IMG/VR virus record: IMGVR_UViG_2718218017_000002
Coordinates: 1-64,000 of that record
Source of the DNA: a virus
Taxonomy: Duplodnaviria; Caudoviricetes
Strand: one strand, 5' to 3'
Length of the DNA stretch: 64,000 nucleotides
The notes under the pieces were generated by a model, which saw nothing but the letters and a program-made list of their open reading frames with translations, did no database searches and had not been told where the DNA came from. A program made the position numbers and the translations under genes. Numbering within the stretch: position 1 is the stretch's first letter; every line of letters starts with the position of its first letter. Shown here in pieces: positions 26,291 to 36,919 of this stretch.

Positions 26291-28279
26291 ATGAGTAAAA
26301 CAATAGTTTTAGAAAAACTGACTCTTAAGAATTTCAAAGGTATCAAGGACTTAACAATAGATTTTTCAAACATAACCAACATCTACGGTGACAATGCCAC
26401 AGGAAAGACTACGATATTTGATGCCTTTACATGGCTTTTGTTTAACAAAGACAGCCAGGATATAAGCAAATTTGATGTACAACCACTTGATGGGGACAAT
26501 AAAGTAGTTCATAGGGTTGATACGGAAGTGGAAGCAGTACTTGAGATAAATGGTGTGAACATGTTGTTAAGGAAACTCTTGAAAGAAAAGTGGGTTAAAC
26601 CAAAGGGAAAAACTGAATCAGAGTTTCAGGGTGCCACTGCTTCTTACTATATTGATGATGTACCCAAGAAAGAGAAAGAGTATAAGAAGAAAATAAATGA
26701 AATCATCCAGGAGGATATATTTAAGCTCCTGACAAATCCAATGCATTTCTCAACTAAAATGACATGGCAGGAAAGAAAAAATATACTCATGGGAATGATA
26801 GGTGAAATTACAGATCAGAATGTTATTGATTCAAAGGGAAAATTGAAACCTCTGGAAGAACTTCTTGTAAACAAGGATATAGATGAACTTAAAAAAAGCA
26901 TAAATGCATCAAGAAAGAAATTGATCAAGGACAAGGAGTCAATACCTCCTAGAGTTGACGAACTTAGAAAAAGTATAAGAAAAGAAGATATTGACTTTAA
27001 AGCCTTGGAGTTTAGAAAACGTGGAATAGTTGCAGGAATGAAAAGTGTGGAGGAGCAGCTCCTTGATAAGACAAAACTTGATGATGAACTATTTATGAAG
27101 AAAGATAAACTTTATGGACTTAAATCCAAATTAAAAGATATTGAACATGAGGAAGTTGAAAAGGCCGAAAGTGGAAGAGATAAAATAGCCCAGGATATAA
27201 GCAGCTTGAATGGGGAAATAGCTGAACTCAAGTTTGATATTAAATCCCTTGAAATGGAGAAAAACAACAACCTTAAAATAGCCAGCAACTTAGAAGTAGA
27301 AGTTAAGAATTTAAGGGACAAGTGGTATGAGGAAGATGCAAAAGTTTTTGAACTTCCAGAAGATGCACGTATATGTCCTACCTGCCACCGTCCTTTTGAC
27401 GAGGAGGATATTGAAAGCCACAGGCAAGAGATGGAGGGGAACTTTAAACAGAATAAGTCCAAAATCTTGAAAAGTATAAAAGCTCAAGGTTTAGAAAAAT
27501 CTAATGAACTTGAAAAGTATAAAGAGAGAGTATTGAATAATGAAACTGCCCTGAAAAATGCTAGGGATTCTCTGGAAAAGCTCAATAATGAAAAAGATAA
27601 ACTTCAATCTGAAATAGATAACTTCAAGGTGACCATAGACCTTGATAGTAATATGGAATATCAGGAGATATTAAAACAGGTGGAAGACCTTGAAATGGAA
27701 CTCTCAAAACCAGTGGAACGGGATACCCAGATAAGAGAACTTAAAGAGAGAAAAGAAAGTATAGAAAAAGAACTTGAGGAGGTCAACTACAAGCTGGGAT
27801 ACAGGGAAATGAATGATAGAACAAATGCCAGGATTGAGGAACTTTTGAACAAAGAAAAAGAGCTAAGCCAGCAGATTGCCAACTTGGATAAAAAAGAATC
27901 TCTGTGTGATGAATTCATAAAAACCAAGGTTGAACTTATGGAATCAAGTATTAATTCTAAATTCAAATATGTTAAGTTCAGATTCTTTAAAACCTTGGTT
28001 AATGGAGGGATTGAAGAGGGCTGTGAACCCCTTGTAGATGGAGTTCCATTTTCTACGAACTTGAATTCAGGTGCCAGAATTAATGCCGGTATAGATATTA
28101 TAAACACCTTGTCTCAGCACTACGGAATTAATGCACCAATATTTATAGATAACAGGGAAAGCACCACAAAACTTATAGATGTAGAGAGTCAAGTAGTCAA
28201 TCTAGTGGTAAGCAAGTCAGATAAAAAATTAAGAATTGAAAATGGTGAACTTGTGGAGGAAAAGCAGCTTGCAAGTTAA
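26291..28279 (+). CDS. SMC/Rad50-like AAA ATPase
   Basis: LKNFKGIK, Walker A GDNATGKTT, long coiled coil with central CPTC, LNSGAR signature, IFIDNRES. Confidence 0.85.
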   Translation: MSKTIVLEKLTLKNFKGIKDLTIDFSNITNIYGDNATGKTTIFDAFTWLLFNKDSQDISKFDVQPLDGDNKVVHRVDTEVEAVLEINGVNMLLRKLLKEKWVKPKGKTESEFQGATASYYIDDVPKKEKEYKKKINEIIQEDIFKLLTNPMHFSTKMTWQERKNILMGMIGEITDQNVIDSKGKLKPLEELLVNKDIDELKKSINASRKKLIKDKESIPPRVDELRKSIRKEDIDFKALEFRKRGIVAGMKSVEEQLLDKTKLDDELFMKKDKLYGLKSKLKDIEHEEVEKAESGRDKIAQDISSLNGEIAELKFDIKSLEMEKNNNLKIASNLEVEVKNLRDKWYEEDAKVFELPEDARICPTCHRPFDEEDIESHRQEMEGNFKQNKSKILKSIKAQGLEKSNELEKYKERVLNNETALKNARDSLEKLNNEKDKLQSEIDNFKVTIDLDSNMEYQEILKQVEDLEMELSKPVERDTQIRELKERKESIEKELEEVNYKLGYREMNDRTNARIEELLNKEKELSQQIANLDKKESLCDEFIKTKVELMESSINSKFKYVKFRFFKTLVNGGIEEGCEPLVDGVPFSTNLNSGARINAGIDIINTLSQHYGINAPIFIDNRESTTKLIDVESQVVNLVVSKSDKKLRIENGELVEEKQLAS

Positions 28280-28305
28280 ATTGAGAATAAGGGAAGGTGA
28301 TATAA

Positions 28306-29238
28306 ATGGAAAATAAAAGCACTGCAATAACACTAGCCAAAGAGGATGCCCTAAATCAGATAACGGAAAAGATAGGGGAACTTAGAAAAAATAATGATAT
28401 AGCATTTCCTCCTAATTATTCAGTTGCCAATGCCCTAAACAGTGCATGGCTCCAACTTCAGGAAGTCAAGGACAAGAGCAATAAACCGGCACTTGAGGTA
28501 TGTACCAAAAATTCAATTATAGGTTCTCTTTATGATATGTGCCTGCAGGGACTGACACCTGCTAAAAAACAATGCTATTTTATAGTCTACGGAAACCAGC
28601 TGCAGCTTATGAGAAGTTATATGGGAACTGTAGCAGTAACAAAGAGATTAAAAGGTGTTAAAGATATAAAAGCTTATTGCATTTACGAGGGTGATGAATT
28701 TGAACAGACATATGATCTGGATACAGCAACTTTAAAGATTAGTAAATTCAATCCCAAGTTTGAAAATATAGATACAAATAAAATCAAAGGTGCCTTTGCA
28801 GTAGTAATCGGAGAGAATGGTCCCATCCATGTAGAGGTAATGAATATCGACCAGATTAGAAAAGCATGGGGACAGGGTATTGCCTATAAAAGTGGAAAAT
28901 CTACAGCCCATAATAATTTTACAGATGAAATGGCAAAGAAATCGGTGATAAACAGGGCTTGCAAGATGTATGCAAATACTTCTGACGACAGTGACCTTTT
29001 GATTGAAGCTTTTAACAATACGGACAAGACCTATGATGAGGAGAGCATGGTAGGTAATGTTGAATATGAAGTTAAGGAAGAGATAAAGGAAAAGGCCAAT
29101 AAGAAGTCTATAGATATAAAGGCTTCTGAGGAAAAGACGGAAAAGCAGAATGTAATTGATGTGGAGCCTGAGAAGGTGGAAGAAAAACATAATTCAACCC
29201 CTACAGAACAAACTGAAACGGAAGGGCCAGGATTTTGA
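28306..29238 (+). CDS. recT: RecT-family single-strand annealing recombinase
   Basis: GLTPAKKQCYFIVYGNQLQLMRSYMG, DEMAKKSVINRACK. Confidence 0.85.
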   Translation: MENKSTAITLAKEDALNQITEKIGELRKNNDIAFPPNYSVANALNSAWLQLQEVKDKSNKPALEVCTKNSIIGSLYDMCLQGLTPAKKQCYFIVYGNQLQLMRSYMGTVAVTKRLKGVKDIKAYCIYEGDEFEQTYDLDTATLKISKFNPKFENIDTNKIKGAFAVVIGENGPIHVEVMNIDQIRKAWGQGIAYKSGKSTAHNNFTDEMAKKSVINRACKMYANTSDDSDLLIEAFNNTDKTYDEESMVGNVEYEVKEEIKEKANKKSIDIKASEEKTEKQNVIDVEPEKVEEKHNSTPTEQTETEGPGF

Positions 29239-29963
29239 TGAAGCTCACAGTATTGGGGAGTGGTAGCAGTGGTAACTGCTATCTACTCCAGAATAAAGAC
29301 GAAATCTTAATTGTAGAATGTGGATTGTCCTATAAGACTATTTTAAAAGGACTGGATTTTAATTTGATGAATGTTGTAGGGTGTTTGGTCACCCATTGTC
29401 ATAAGGATCATTCTAAGGCTATAAAGGAGTTTATCAATAACGGAATAGATGTTTACAGCAGCAGTGGAACATTAAAGGCAGTAGATGCTGGGGATTATAG
29501 AGCACAAGTAATTGAATCTGAAAATCAGGTTTCTATAGGGTATTTTACTATACTTCCCTTTGAAACTGAACATGATGCAGTAGAGCCTTTAGGGTTTCTT
29601 ATACAACATAGTGATATGGGTAAACTGCTCTTTATTACAGATAGTTACTACTGCCAGTATAACTTTACAGGACTTAATCACATTATGATTGAGTGCAACT
29701 ACAGTATGGATATTGTAAATGAAAACTTTGAAAAGGGATTAATACATCCTGTGCTTAGAAACAGGCTTTTGAAATCTCATTTTAGCCTGGAGAATGTAAA
29801 AGAATTTTTAAAGGTCACTGATTTAAGTCAGGTTAAAGATATTGTGCTTTTACATCTTAGTGATAGCAATAGTAATGCTGCACAGTTTCAAGAAGAGATA
29901 GAAAGGCTTACAGGAAAGCCTACCTATATTGCGGATAAAGGTTTGAAGATAGATTTATTTTAA
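29235..29963 (+). CDS. metallo-beta-lactamase-fold hydrolase (probable exonuclease)
   Basis: LGSGSSGNC, THCHKDH, HD, FITD, IECNY, LLHLS. Confidence 0.85.
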   Translation: MMKLTVLGSGSSGNCYLLQNKDEILIVECGLSYKTILKGLDFNLMNVVGCLVTHCHKDHSKAIKEFINNGIDVYSSSGTLKAVDAGDYRAQVIESENQVSIGYFTILPFETEHDAVEPLGFLIQHSDMGKLLFITDSYYCQYNFTGLNHIMIECNYSMDIVNENFEKGLIHPVLRNRLLKSHFSLENVKEFLKVTDLSQVKDIVLLHLSDSNSNAAQFQEEIERLTGKPTYIADKGLKIDLF

Positions 29964-29976
29964 GGAGTATTGGATT

Positions 29977-30795
29977 ATGGGAGAAGGCAAAGGATGGATA
30001 AGTGTACACAGAAAAATTCAATACAGTTGGTTATGGCAAGAGAAGCCTTTTTCTAAAGGCCAGGCTTGGATTGACCTTCTCCTGTCAGCCAACCATAAGG
30101 ATAAGAAAACTTTACTTGGTAGTGAATTAATAAATGTAAAAAGAGGAAGTTTTATAACGTCACAAAAAAAATTAATGGAAAGATGGGGGTGGGGTACAGA
30201 AAAAACTAGAAGGTTTTTAAAGCTCCTTGCTACCGAAGAAATGATAAAATTATCAACTGATAAAAGAAAAACTATGATTACAGTAGTGAATTATGAAGAG
30301 TACCAAAATCAGAACGGTTTAAATGAAGATATATCAACGAGTTCCGCCGATAACCAGAACGATAATGGATTACAAACAGATTACAAACAGAATGATAATG
30401 GATTACAAACAGAGACAAACAATAATGATAATAAAGATAATAATATTACTACTACTGAAAAAGAGCCATGGGAAATAGCATTAAAATATTTTTGCCAAAA
30501 ATCAGGAAAGCTGGATCTGAATTTAAAACCTCGTGAACTAGAAGCCGCCCAGAAGATTTGTAATGAGGTGCCGTCCCTCAATACAGTTCTAAGAGGTATA
30601 GATCAAGCCTTTGATAGATTCAAGCCAGATACTGAGAATGATAAAATAAACTCTTTTTGCTACTGCATAGGCATTATAAAAGATTTATGGAAACGTGAAA
30701 ATATCAAGAATGGGGGTAAAAGTCATGATAGAGACCCAAAACAAGAAAATACAGAAAAGGGGATCGACAGCTCCGGGATTGGTTTCCACTTCTGA
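29977..30795 (+). CDS. phage replication initiator (replisome organiser)
   Basis: GWISVHRKI...AWIDLLLSANH...RGSFITS...LMERWGW; internal repeats; followed by DnaC-like gene. Confidence 0.8.
   Translation: MGEGKGWISVHRKIQYSWLWQEKPFSKGQAWIDLLLSANHKDKKTLLGSELINVKRGSFITSQKKLMERWGWGTEKTRRFLKLLATEEMIKLSTDKRKTMITVVNYEEYQNQNGLNEDISTSSADNQNDNGLQTDYKQNDNGLQTETNNNDNKDNNITTTEKEPWEIALKYFCQKSGKLDLNLKPRELEAAQKICNEVPSLNTVLRGIDQAFDRFKPDTENDKINSFCYCIGIIKDLWKRENIKNGGKSHDRDPKQENTEKGIDSSGIGFHF
30361..30413. repeat. iterons of the putative phage origin inside the initiator gene
   Basis: GATAATGGATTACAAACAGA at 30361 and 30394 with a third GATTACAAACAG between. Confidence 0.65.
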
Positions 30796-31594
30796 AACAG
30801 AACTAGACAATTGTCCTGTTTGTGGTGAACCTACAGGAAAAGTGGTCAGGCTAATGGGGAGAAATTATATAGTCCCAAGGATGTGTAAGTGTAAAAAAGA
30901 AGCCTTTGAAGAAAACGAGCGTATATCTCAAGCCAGAGAAAAGCAGATTAGGCTTGAGAGAATATTTAATAACAGCTTAATGACCAGGGAGTTTAGGGAG
31001 TTCACCTTTGAAAGCTGGGACCATACTTTGGGCAATGAGAGCATGTATGAACTAGGAATAAAGTATGTGAAATGTTTCAAAGAAAAAGCCTTGAAAGAAA
31101 ACGTAGGCCTGCTTATTTACGGAAAGCCAGGTAACGGAAAAACATTTTTATCGGGGTGTATTGCTAATACACTTATAAAACAGTTTATACCTGTGGTTTG
31201 TGTTTCTGCTATTGGAATTTTGGAGAGGATAAAGAGCAGTTTCAGAAGCTACGGTGATGAAGGAGTGCAAAACATACTCAATTGCTTGGATAACGCAGAT
31301 TTGGTGATTATTGACGATATAGGAGTTGAAAATAATACGGATTGGTCCAGAGCTACCATGTATCAAATATTGGATTCAAGATACAGGAAGAAAAAACCAT
31401 TAATTATAACGTCAAATCTGTCAATGAATCAGCTTAAGAGAAGATATGACAGGGACTGTGAATATGATATTGGCAGAACTGCAGATAGATTAATCCATGA
31501 TATGTGTTCCCCTATTGAAAATACAGGTTCAAGTATACGGATAAAGAATGGGATTAGAAAAACCCAGATACTCAGAGATATACTAAACAGTTAG
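30725..31594 (+). CDS. DnaC/IstB-like helicase loader
   Basis: CPVCG...CKC zinc finger, Walker A GKPGNGKT, LVIIDDIG, IITSN. Confidence 0.9.
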   Translation: MIETQNKKIQKRGSTAPGLVSTSETELDNCPVCGEPTGKVVRLMGRNYIVPRMCKCKKEAFEENERISQAREKQIRLERIFNNSLMTREFREFTFESWDHTLGNESMYELGIKYVKCFKEKALKENVGLLIYGKPGNGKTFLSGCIANTLIKQFIPVVCVSAIGILERIKSSFRSYGDEGVQNILNCLDNADLVIIDDIGVENNTDWSRATMYQILDSRYRKKKPLIITSNLSMNQLKRRYDRDCEYDIGRTADRLIHDMCSPIENTGSSIRIKNGIRKTQILRDILNS

Positions 31595-31612
31595 AAAGTA
31601 AGGAGGAATAAT

Positions 31613-32440
31613 GTGAAACTTAAGAATTTAAGCAACATAAAGTGGATTGGTGGCAAACATGGAAAGGAAGAACGGTACCTGGAACTTATGCCTAAACATA
31701 AAATATTTGCGGACTGTACTTTTGGAAGTGGAGCTGTGACTTTTTACAAGAGTGTCAAGTCTCCGGCCAAAATAACAGTTGTCAATGATAAAAATGACGA
31801 GCTTATAAACTACATGCTTGTTTTAAGGGATAGACCGGAAGAATTATTCCATGCATGTGATGGGCTGCCATACAGTGAAGCACTTTATAAAAAATATAAA
31901 TGGGACCCTCTACCTGAGGATAGTTTAGAAAGAGCTGTCAGGTTTTTTTACAAGATGCGGTTGACATTCTCAGGAGGAGGCCACAAATACAGGAATGGAT
32001 TAGGGCTTTCAAAGACTCAAGACAAGGCTGGGACTTATAGGTCTGCAGTTAACTTAATACCTAAGATGGCCCAAATAATCAAGACATGGAATATACTCTG
32101 CAGGGATTTTCAGGAGGTAATTGATTTCTACGATACGGAAGATACATTGTTCTTCCTAGACCCTCCCTATGTGGGATATGAAAATATTTATGCGGGTGGA
32201 TTTCAACCAGAGGACCATTTGAGGCTAAGAAGGAGACTTGAAAAAATAAAGGGAAAAGCCATGGTCTGCTACTATCCGGATCCGTTGATTGATGAATTAT
32301 ATTATGACTGGCACAGGGTTGAATACAATACAGCTTCACAGATTGAGGTTAGAAGTGATGGAGATAAGTGTCCGATCCGGACTGAATTAATTCTCATGAA
32401 CTATAAACCTCAGGTAGAGGAACAGATGAAAATTGTTTGA
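31613..32440 (+). CDS. DNA adenine methyltransferase (Dam-like)
   Basis: KWIGGK, FADCTFGSGAV, ND, LDPPY. Confidence 0.9.
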   Translation: MKLKNLSNIKWIGGKHGKEERYLELMPKHKIFADCTFGSGAVTFYKSVKSPAKITVVNDKNDELINYMLVLRDRPEELFHACDGLPYSEALYKKYKWDPLPEDSLERAVRFFYKMRLTFSGGGHKYRNGLGLSKTQDKAGTYRSAVNLIPKMAQIIKTWNILCRDFQEVIDFYDTEDTLFFLDPPYVGYENIYAGGFQPEDHLRLRRRLEKIKGKAMVCYYPDPLIDELYYDWHRVEYNTASQIEVRSDGDKCPIRTELILMNYKPQVEEQMKIV

Positions 32441-32880
32441 TTGAGGTGATAAAAATGGCAGTTGCATTCGAAAGAAAAAAAGAAACCCTGGACTTTGTAA
32501 GAGATAACTGGGAAATCATGTACAAAAAGGACATAGCAAAGAAATTGGGCTGTAGTGCTTCAACCGTGAGCATAATAGGAACGGAATTGGGGTTGCCTAT
32601 TCAGGGTAGGTCGAAGGAATCATTCTATCGCATAGATAGCATCAAGAGGATGAAAAATGATTTTAGACTGGGGGAGAAAATAACTTTAAGAGTAAGTTAT
32701 GGTAAGGGTAGACGCAAAATCGTAAAAGGTATTGTGACCGATAAGACAGACTATTTGGTGCTGGTAAAGTGGAAAAAGTATGGAGAAGATAGGCGTGAAA
32801 GTTTTAGATATGATGAGTTCTGTGTGGGAGAAGTGCAGGTTGTTTCGCGAAATGAAAAATATATGACAGAAAGTTTGTGA
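32437..32880 (+). CDS. HTH-containing hypothetical protein
   Basis: KKDIAKKLGCSASTVSIIG. Confidence 0.6.
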   Translation: MIEVIKMAVAFERKKETLDFVRDNWEIMYKKDIAKKLGCSASTVSIIGTELGLPIQGRSKESFYRIDSIKRMKNDFRLGEKITLRVSYGKGRRKIVKGIVTDKTDYLVLVKWKKYGEDRRESFRYDEFCVGEVQVVSRNEKYMTESL

Positions 32881-32884
32881 GAAA

Positions 32885-34324
32885 ATGAAGCAGATTAGTA
32901 TACTGGATGAAATTATAGTAGATAATTTCGCTGGAGGTGGCGGAGCATCAACTGGAATAGAGATGGCCACCGGGCATAGCGTAGAGATTGCAATTAACCA
33001 TGATCCTGCAGCAATAGCCATGCATAAAGTGAATCATCCTCAGACAGAACATTATTGTGAATCTGTTTGGGAAGTTGATCCGGTGAAAGCTGTAAGAGGT
33101 AGAAGAGTTGGTTTAGCTTGGTTTAGTCCCGATTGTAAGCATTTTTCAAAGGCAAAAGGAGGAAAACCATGTGATAAAAAAATAAGAGGTTTAGCATGGA
33201 TTGTACTGAAATGGGCTGCTCTAGTCAGGCCACGGGTGATTATGCTTGAAAATGTAGAGGAGTTTCAGACTTGGGGACCTTTGAACAGAAGAAGGCATCC
33301 TATAAAAAATAAAAAGGGAGAAACTTATTGGAAATGGAGAAAGCAACTTGAAGCCTTAGGATATAAAGTTGATTCAAGAGAATTGATTGCAGCTGACTAT
33401 GGAACTCCAACAAAGAGAAAGCGTTTTTTTATGGTTGCAAGATGTGATGGTCAACCTATTATATGGCCTAAGAAAACTCATGGAGATAGAAATAGTGAGG
33501 AAGTTAAAAACGGAATACTAAAGCCGTATGTTCCAGCAGCTGAGGTTATTGATTGGAGTATCCCTTGCAAAAGCATATTTGGTAGAAAAAAGCCACTTGT
33601 GAAAAATACTATGAAACGCATAGCAAGAGGAATACAAAAGTTTGTAATTGAAAATCCTGAGCCGTTTATAATGCAAATTGGTCAAACTGGATTCACGAAA
33701 GATAGAAATAAATCAATTCATGAGCCGTTAACAACTATAGTAAGTAAGGCAGAACATTGTTTAGTAACACCTTACTTAATTCAATATCATTCAGAAACCA
33801 CTAAAGATGGAGTAAGAGGACAATCTATTAAAGAGCCAATTATGACATTAGATAGTTCACCCAGATATGGATTAGTAAGTGCGTTTATTATACAGATGAA
33901 TAAAAATATGATAGGAACAGATATGAAAGAACCTATTAATACCATTGTTGCAGGACCAGGACACATGGGAGAAGTAAGAGCTTTCTTGATTAAGTATTAT
34001 GGTCAAGGTGTGGGGCAGGATATTAATGAACCATTAGATACTATAGTCAGTAAAGATAGATTTGGATTAGTTACAATTTATGGACAAGATTATCAAATAG
34101 CTGATATTGGAATGAGAATGCTAGAGCCTCATGAACTATTTGTAGCTCAAGGGTTTCCAAGTAACTATATTATAGATCATGATTATGAAGGGAAAAGATA
34201 TCCGAAAACAGCTCAAGTAGCACGTTGTGGCAATGCAGTACCTCCACCCTTTGCAGAAGCACTGGTAAGAGCAAATCTTCCAGAGTTATGCGAAGGCAAT
34301 GGAAGGTTTAGAGAAGTAGGTTAA
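32885..34324 (+). CDS. DNA cytosine-5 methyltransferase
   Basis: DNFAGGGG, SPDCKHFS, ENVEEF, RKRFF, C-terminal CGNAVPP. Confidence 0.9.
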   Translation: MKQISILDEIIVDNFAGGGGASTGIEMATGHSVEIAINHDPAAIAMHKVNHPQTEHYCESVWEVDPVKAVRGRRVGLAWFSPDCKHFSKAKGGKPCDKKIRGLAWIVLKWAALVRPRVIMLENVEEFQTWGPLNRRRHPIKNKKGETYWKWRKQLEALGYKVDSRELIAADYGTPTKRKRFFMVARCDGQPIIWPKKTHGDRNSEEVKNGILKPYVPAAEVIDWSIPCKSIFGRKKPLVKNTMKRIARGIQKFVIENPEPFIMQIGQTGFTKDRNKSIHEPLTTIVSKAEHCLVTPYLIQYHSETTKDGVRGQSIKEPIMTLDSSPRYGLVSAFIIQMNKNMIGTDMKEPINTIVAGPGHMGEVRAFLIKYYGQGVGQDINEPLDTIVSKDRFGLVTIYGQDYQIADIGMRMLEPHELFVAQGFPSNYIIDHDYEGKRYPKTAQVARCGNAVPPPFAEALVRANLPELCEGNGRFREVG

Positions 34325-34490
34325 TACGTGATGCAAACTTAATTTATATAAATAACAGCCAATTTAAGCCATAGGTATAGCAAATCTCAAAGAAGAGGGG
34401 ACAAGTAGTATAATTAATCGTCTTGAAATTAGGATGGGTTTAAAAGGACTATATTAGAGTTTTAGAATATTAGTGTAGTAGGTGAGAAAG

Positions 34491-34607
34491 ATGAAAAAGA
34501 AAAGTCCTAAGATGTGCAATCATTACTGGAAAAGTGTTGGTAAAACTAGGTCGGGTGGAATTATTAAAAGATGTTTGATATGCGGTGAATATTGCATTGT
34601 TAAATAA
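34491..34607 (+). CDS. 38-aa zinc-ribbon-like protein (not in ORF track)
   Basis: CNHYW...RCLICGE; AGGTG RBS. Confidence 0.4.
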   Translation: MKKKSPKMCNHYWKSVGKTRSGGIIKRCLICGEYCIVK

Positions 34608-34623
34608 AAAGGAGTGAATATTA

Positions 34624-35352
34624 ATGAGCTATAAAGAAAAGTGCTTTGGATATTTTAGCAGTAACAAAGGACAAGAAAAAGGAGATTTATTAAAAGGTGC
34701 AGTTAGTAAATTTGGAATAACTAGGTTGACAGCAGAGAACTATTACTCCAGGTGGAAAGCTCAAAATCCAAGTTCCGTTGATGAGGTGGCAGAAAAGGCA
34801 GTAGATTATATTTTTGGAGAAGGTGAAGGGGAAGAAATAGAAAAGAAAAAACCAAGTTTAACAGATGAGATGATACTTGAGGAATTAAATAAAATTGGGT
34901 TCAGTTATCTTTCGATAAGTACTAATATGATTAAATGCATTGCAAATAAATTTAACTTGGAAGAACATACTGCAAAATTTAGGTTGGAGGAATTGGCTAA
35001 GAAAAGAAAAGTTAAAAAAGAGGAGGTGAAACCGAAGCTATCGGGGGATGAAATAAATGAGTTATGTGAAAATACGGAGTTTGAAAAAGAGACTGTTGCT
35101 GTGGACGATAAGCCGGCGAAGCCAGCCGATAAACCCTCGAAGGACTGCGAAGAATCGGCGAAAGATGTTAATAAAAAATTTGGGCAAAGACTGAAAATAG
35201 CGTTGCTCCAAGGGAAGGTAATGAGTTATGAAATTCAAGAGGGTGGATTTCTTTTAAGGCAAAAATCTTATATTAATAGCATACCAGTAGATTTCAAGGA
35301 TATTGATGATTTTATTGCAGAACTTAGGGAGCTTAAGGAAGTGATGGCATGA
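34624..35352 (+). CDS. hypothetical phage protein
   Basis: 242-aa ORF with AGGAG RBS. Confidence 0.7.
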   Translation: MSYKEKCFGYFSSNKGQEKGDLLKGAVSKFGITRLTAENYYSRWKAQNPSSVDEVAEKAVDYIFGEGEGEEIEKKKPSLTDEMILEELNKIGFSYLSISTNMIKCIANKFNLEEHTAKFRLEELAKKRKVKKEEVKPKLSGDEINELCENTEFEKETVAVDDKPAKPADKPSKDCEESAKDVNKKFGQRLKIALLQGKVMSYEIQEGGFLLRQKSYINSIPVDFKDIDDFIAELRELKEVMA

Positions 35353-35861
35353 TTTTAGCAATAGATCCGGGTAATAGAGAAAGTGCCTATGTGGTGATGG
35401 ATTATAATTTAAAGCCTATAGAGTTTGGAAAGTTTGGAAATGAAGATGTTAGGCAGGAATTGAGAAGAAATATTAAAAAATATGGACATGAATTAAGAAT
35501 AGCAATAGAAATGGTAGCAAGTTATGGTATGGCTGTGGGGCGTGAAGTATTTGAAACCTGCGTATGGATTGGCAGATTTACTGAGATGGTAGAACAATTC
35601 AACATGAATACAAATTATATATATCGTAAAGATGAAAAGCTGAATTTGTGCAATTCTCAGAGAGCAAATGATAGTACTATAACACAAGCTCTAGTGGATA
35701 GATTTGCATATGGAACACGGAACCATGGCAAGGGCACGAAAAAGGCTCCAGGGTGGTTTTATGGATTTAAGAAAGACATATGGCAGGCTTATGCAGTGGG
35801 AGTTACTTATTTTGATTTGTATTTGGCTAGAGATGGAATATGGGAGAGGAGGGCAAAGTAA
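35349..35861 (+). CDS. RuvC-like Holliday junction resolvase
   Basis: ILAIDPG, AIE, DIWQAYAV (RNase H fold). Confidence 0.7.
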   Translation: MILAIDPGNRESAYVVMDYNLKPIEFGKFGNEDVRQELRRNIKKYGHELRIAIEMVASYGMAVGREVFETCVWIGRFTEMVEQFNMNTNYIYRKDEKLNLCNSQRANDSTITQALVDRFAYGTRNHGKGTKKAPGWFYGFKKDIWQAYAVGVTYFDLYLARDGIWERRAK

Positions 35862-36254
35862 ATGCAAAATAATGATAAGAACAGTGTTAATAATGTCGAT
35901 ACTAGCAGTCCAATATTTAAAAAAATACTTAGTCAGCTGGATGTAAGAATAAAGGCTATAATGGATAAAGTTTATGACAATAAGGACTTTCAAAGTGGAG
36001 ATATAACTTTAAAGATAACATTAGGTACAGTAACCAATGCAAAAGAATTTGTGGTGATGAAGGAAGGCAGATTAATTAATAAGGAATACGAATATAAAAG
36101 CTTAGATATAAAACATGCCATTACGACAACACTAAAACAAACAGATAAAACTGATGGAGAATATATAGGGCAAAAAGAATTAATTAAAAATAGTGACGGG
36201 GATTTTATAGAAGTTCCAATTAAAGATGGGCAAATGAATATGTTTGATAGATAA
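35862..36254 (+). CDS. hypothetical phage protein
   Basis: Coupled ORF ending GQMNMFD. Confidence 0.65.
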   Translation: MQNNDKNSVNNVDTSSPIFKKILSQLDVRIKAIMDKVYDNKDFQSGDITLKITLGTVTNAKEFVVMKEGRLINKEYEYKSLDIKHAITTTLKQTDKTDGEYIGQKELIKNSDGDFIEVPIKDGQMNMFDR

Positions 36255-36540
36255 GAAGGTGGTTAATATGCTTGATACTGCAACGGTAACATTGTCATAT
36301 AAGGAATTTCAAGAGTTAATAAATAAGAATAATGAAGCAGAATGTTATAGGCAAAAAGTTCATGCTTTAAGAAAAAAACTAGAAAGTAGAGACGAAAGAA
36401 AAGCGTTAGATAGTATAGTAGATATCTTATTTAAGGCTAATGATAGTAAAACAGCTAAAGAGAAACAAGCTTATATTAGAGAATGTTTGGAAATATATTG
36501 TAAGACGTTTGATATATCCATAGAGGAATTACTTAGATAA
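36244..36540 (+). CDS. hypothetical phage protein
   Basis: Co-oriented ORF; start may be ATG near 36268. Confidence 0.6.
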   Translation: MIDKKVVNMLDTATVTLSYKEFQELINKNNEAECYRQKVHALRKKLESRDERKALDSIVDILFKANDSKTAKEKQAYIRECLEIYCKTFDISIEELLR

Positions 36541-36545
36541 AGAGG

Positions 36546-36875
36546 GTGAATACATTGAAACTAAAGCTAATGGTGCTTAGGAAGCTGATAGACCGAAGAG
36601 GAAATAAGATAGACAATCGTACAATGTCTTGGCAGGATTGGAAGGATAAAGTTTTAGAGGAAGCAGGAGAGCTGTGTGAGGCTCTCTCCTCTGGAGATAA
36701 GAAAAAGATAATGGAAGAGGTGCTGGATGTTATTCAAGTGGGTATTGGGATTCTGGCCAAGCTTTTTAGAGAGAATTTTGACATAGTTCAGGGATTTCAC
36801 AGGCACAACAAAAAGTTGGTTGACAGAGGCTGTGAGGCTTGCGGGGAAGTTGGGGCTAATGTGTGTAGGAAGTAG
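36546..36875 (+). CDS. MazG-like nucleotide pyrophosphohydrolase
   Basis: KVLEEAGEL...IMEEVLDVIQV (EE..E / E..D). Confidence 0.7.
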   Translation: MNTLKLKLMVLRKLIDRRGNKIDNRTMSWQDWKDKVLEEAGELCEALSSGDKKKIMEEVLDVIQVGIGILAKLFRENFDIVQGFHRHNKKLVDRGCEACGEVGANVCRK

Positions 36876-36919
36876 AATGTAAAGTGATAATATTATGTAT
36901 TTGAAAGAAGGGATTAAAT

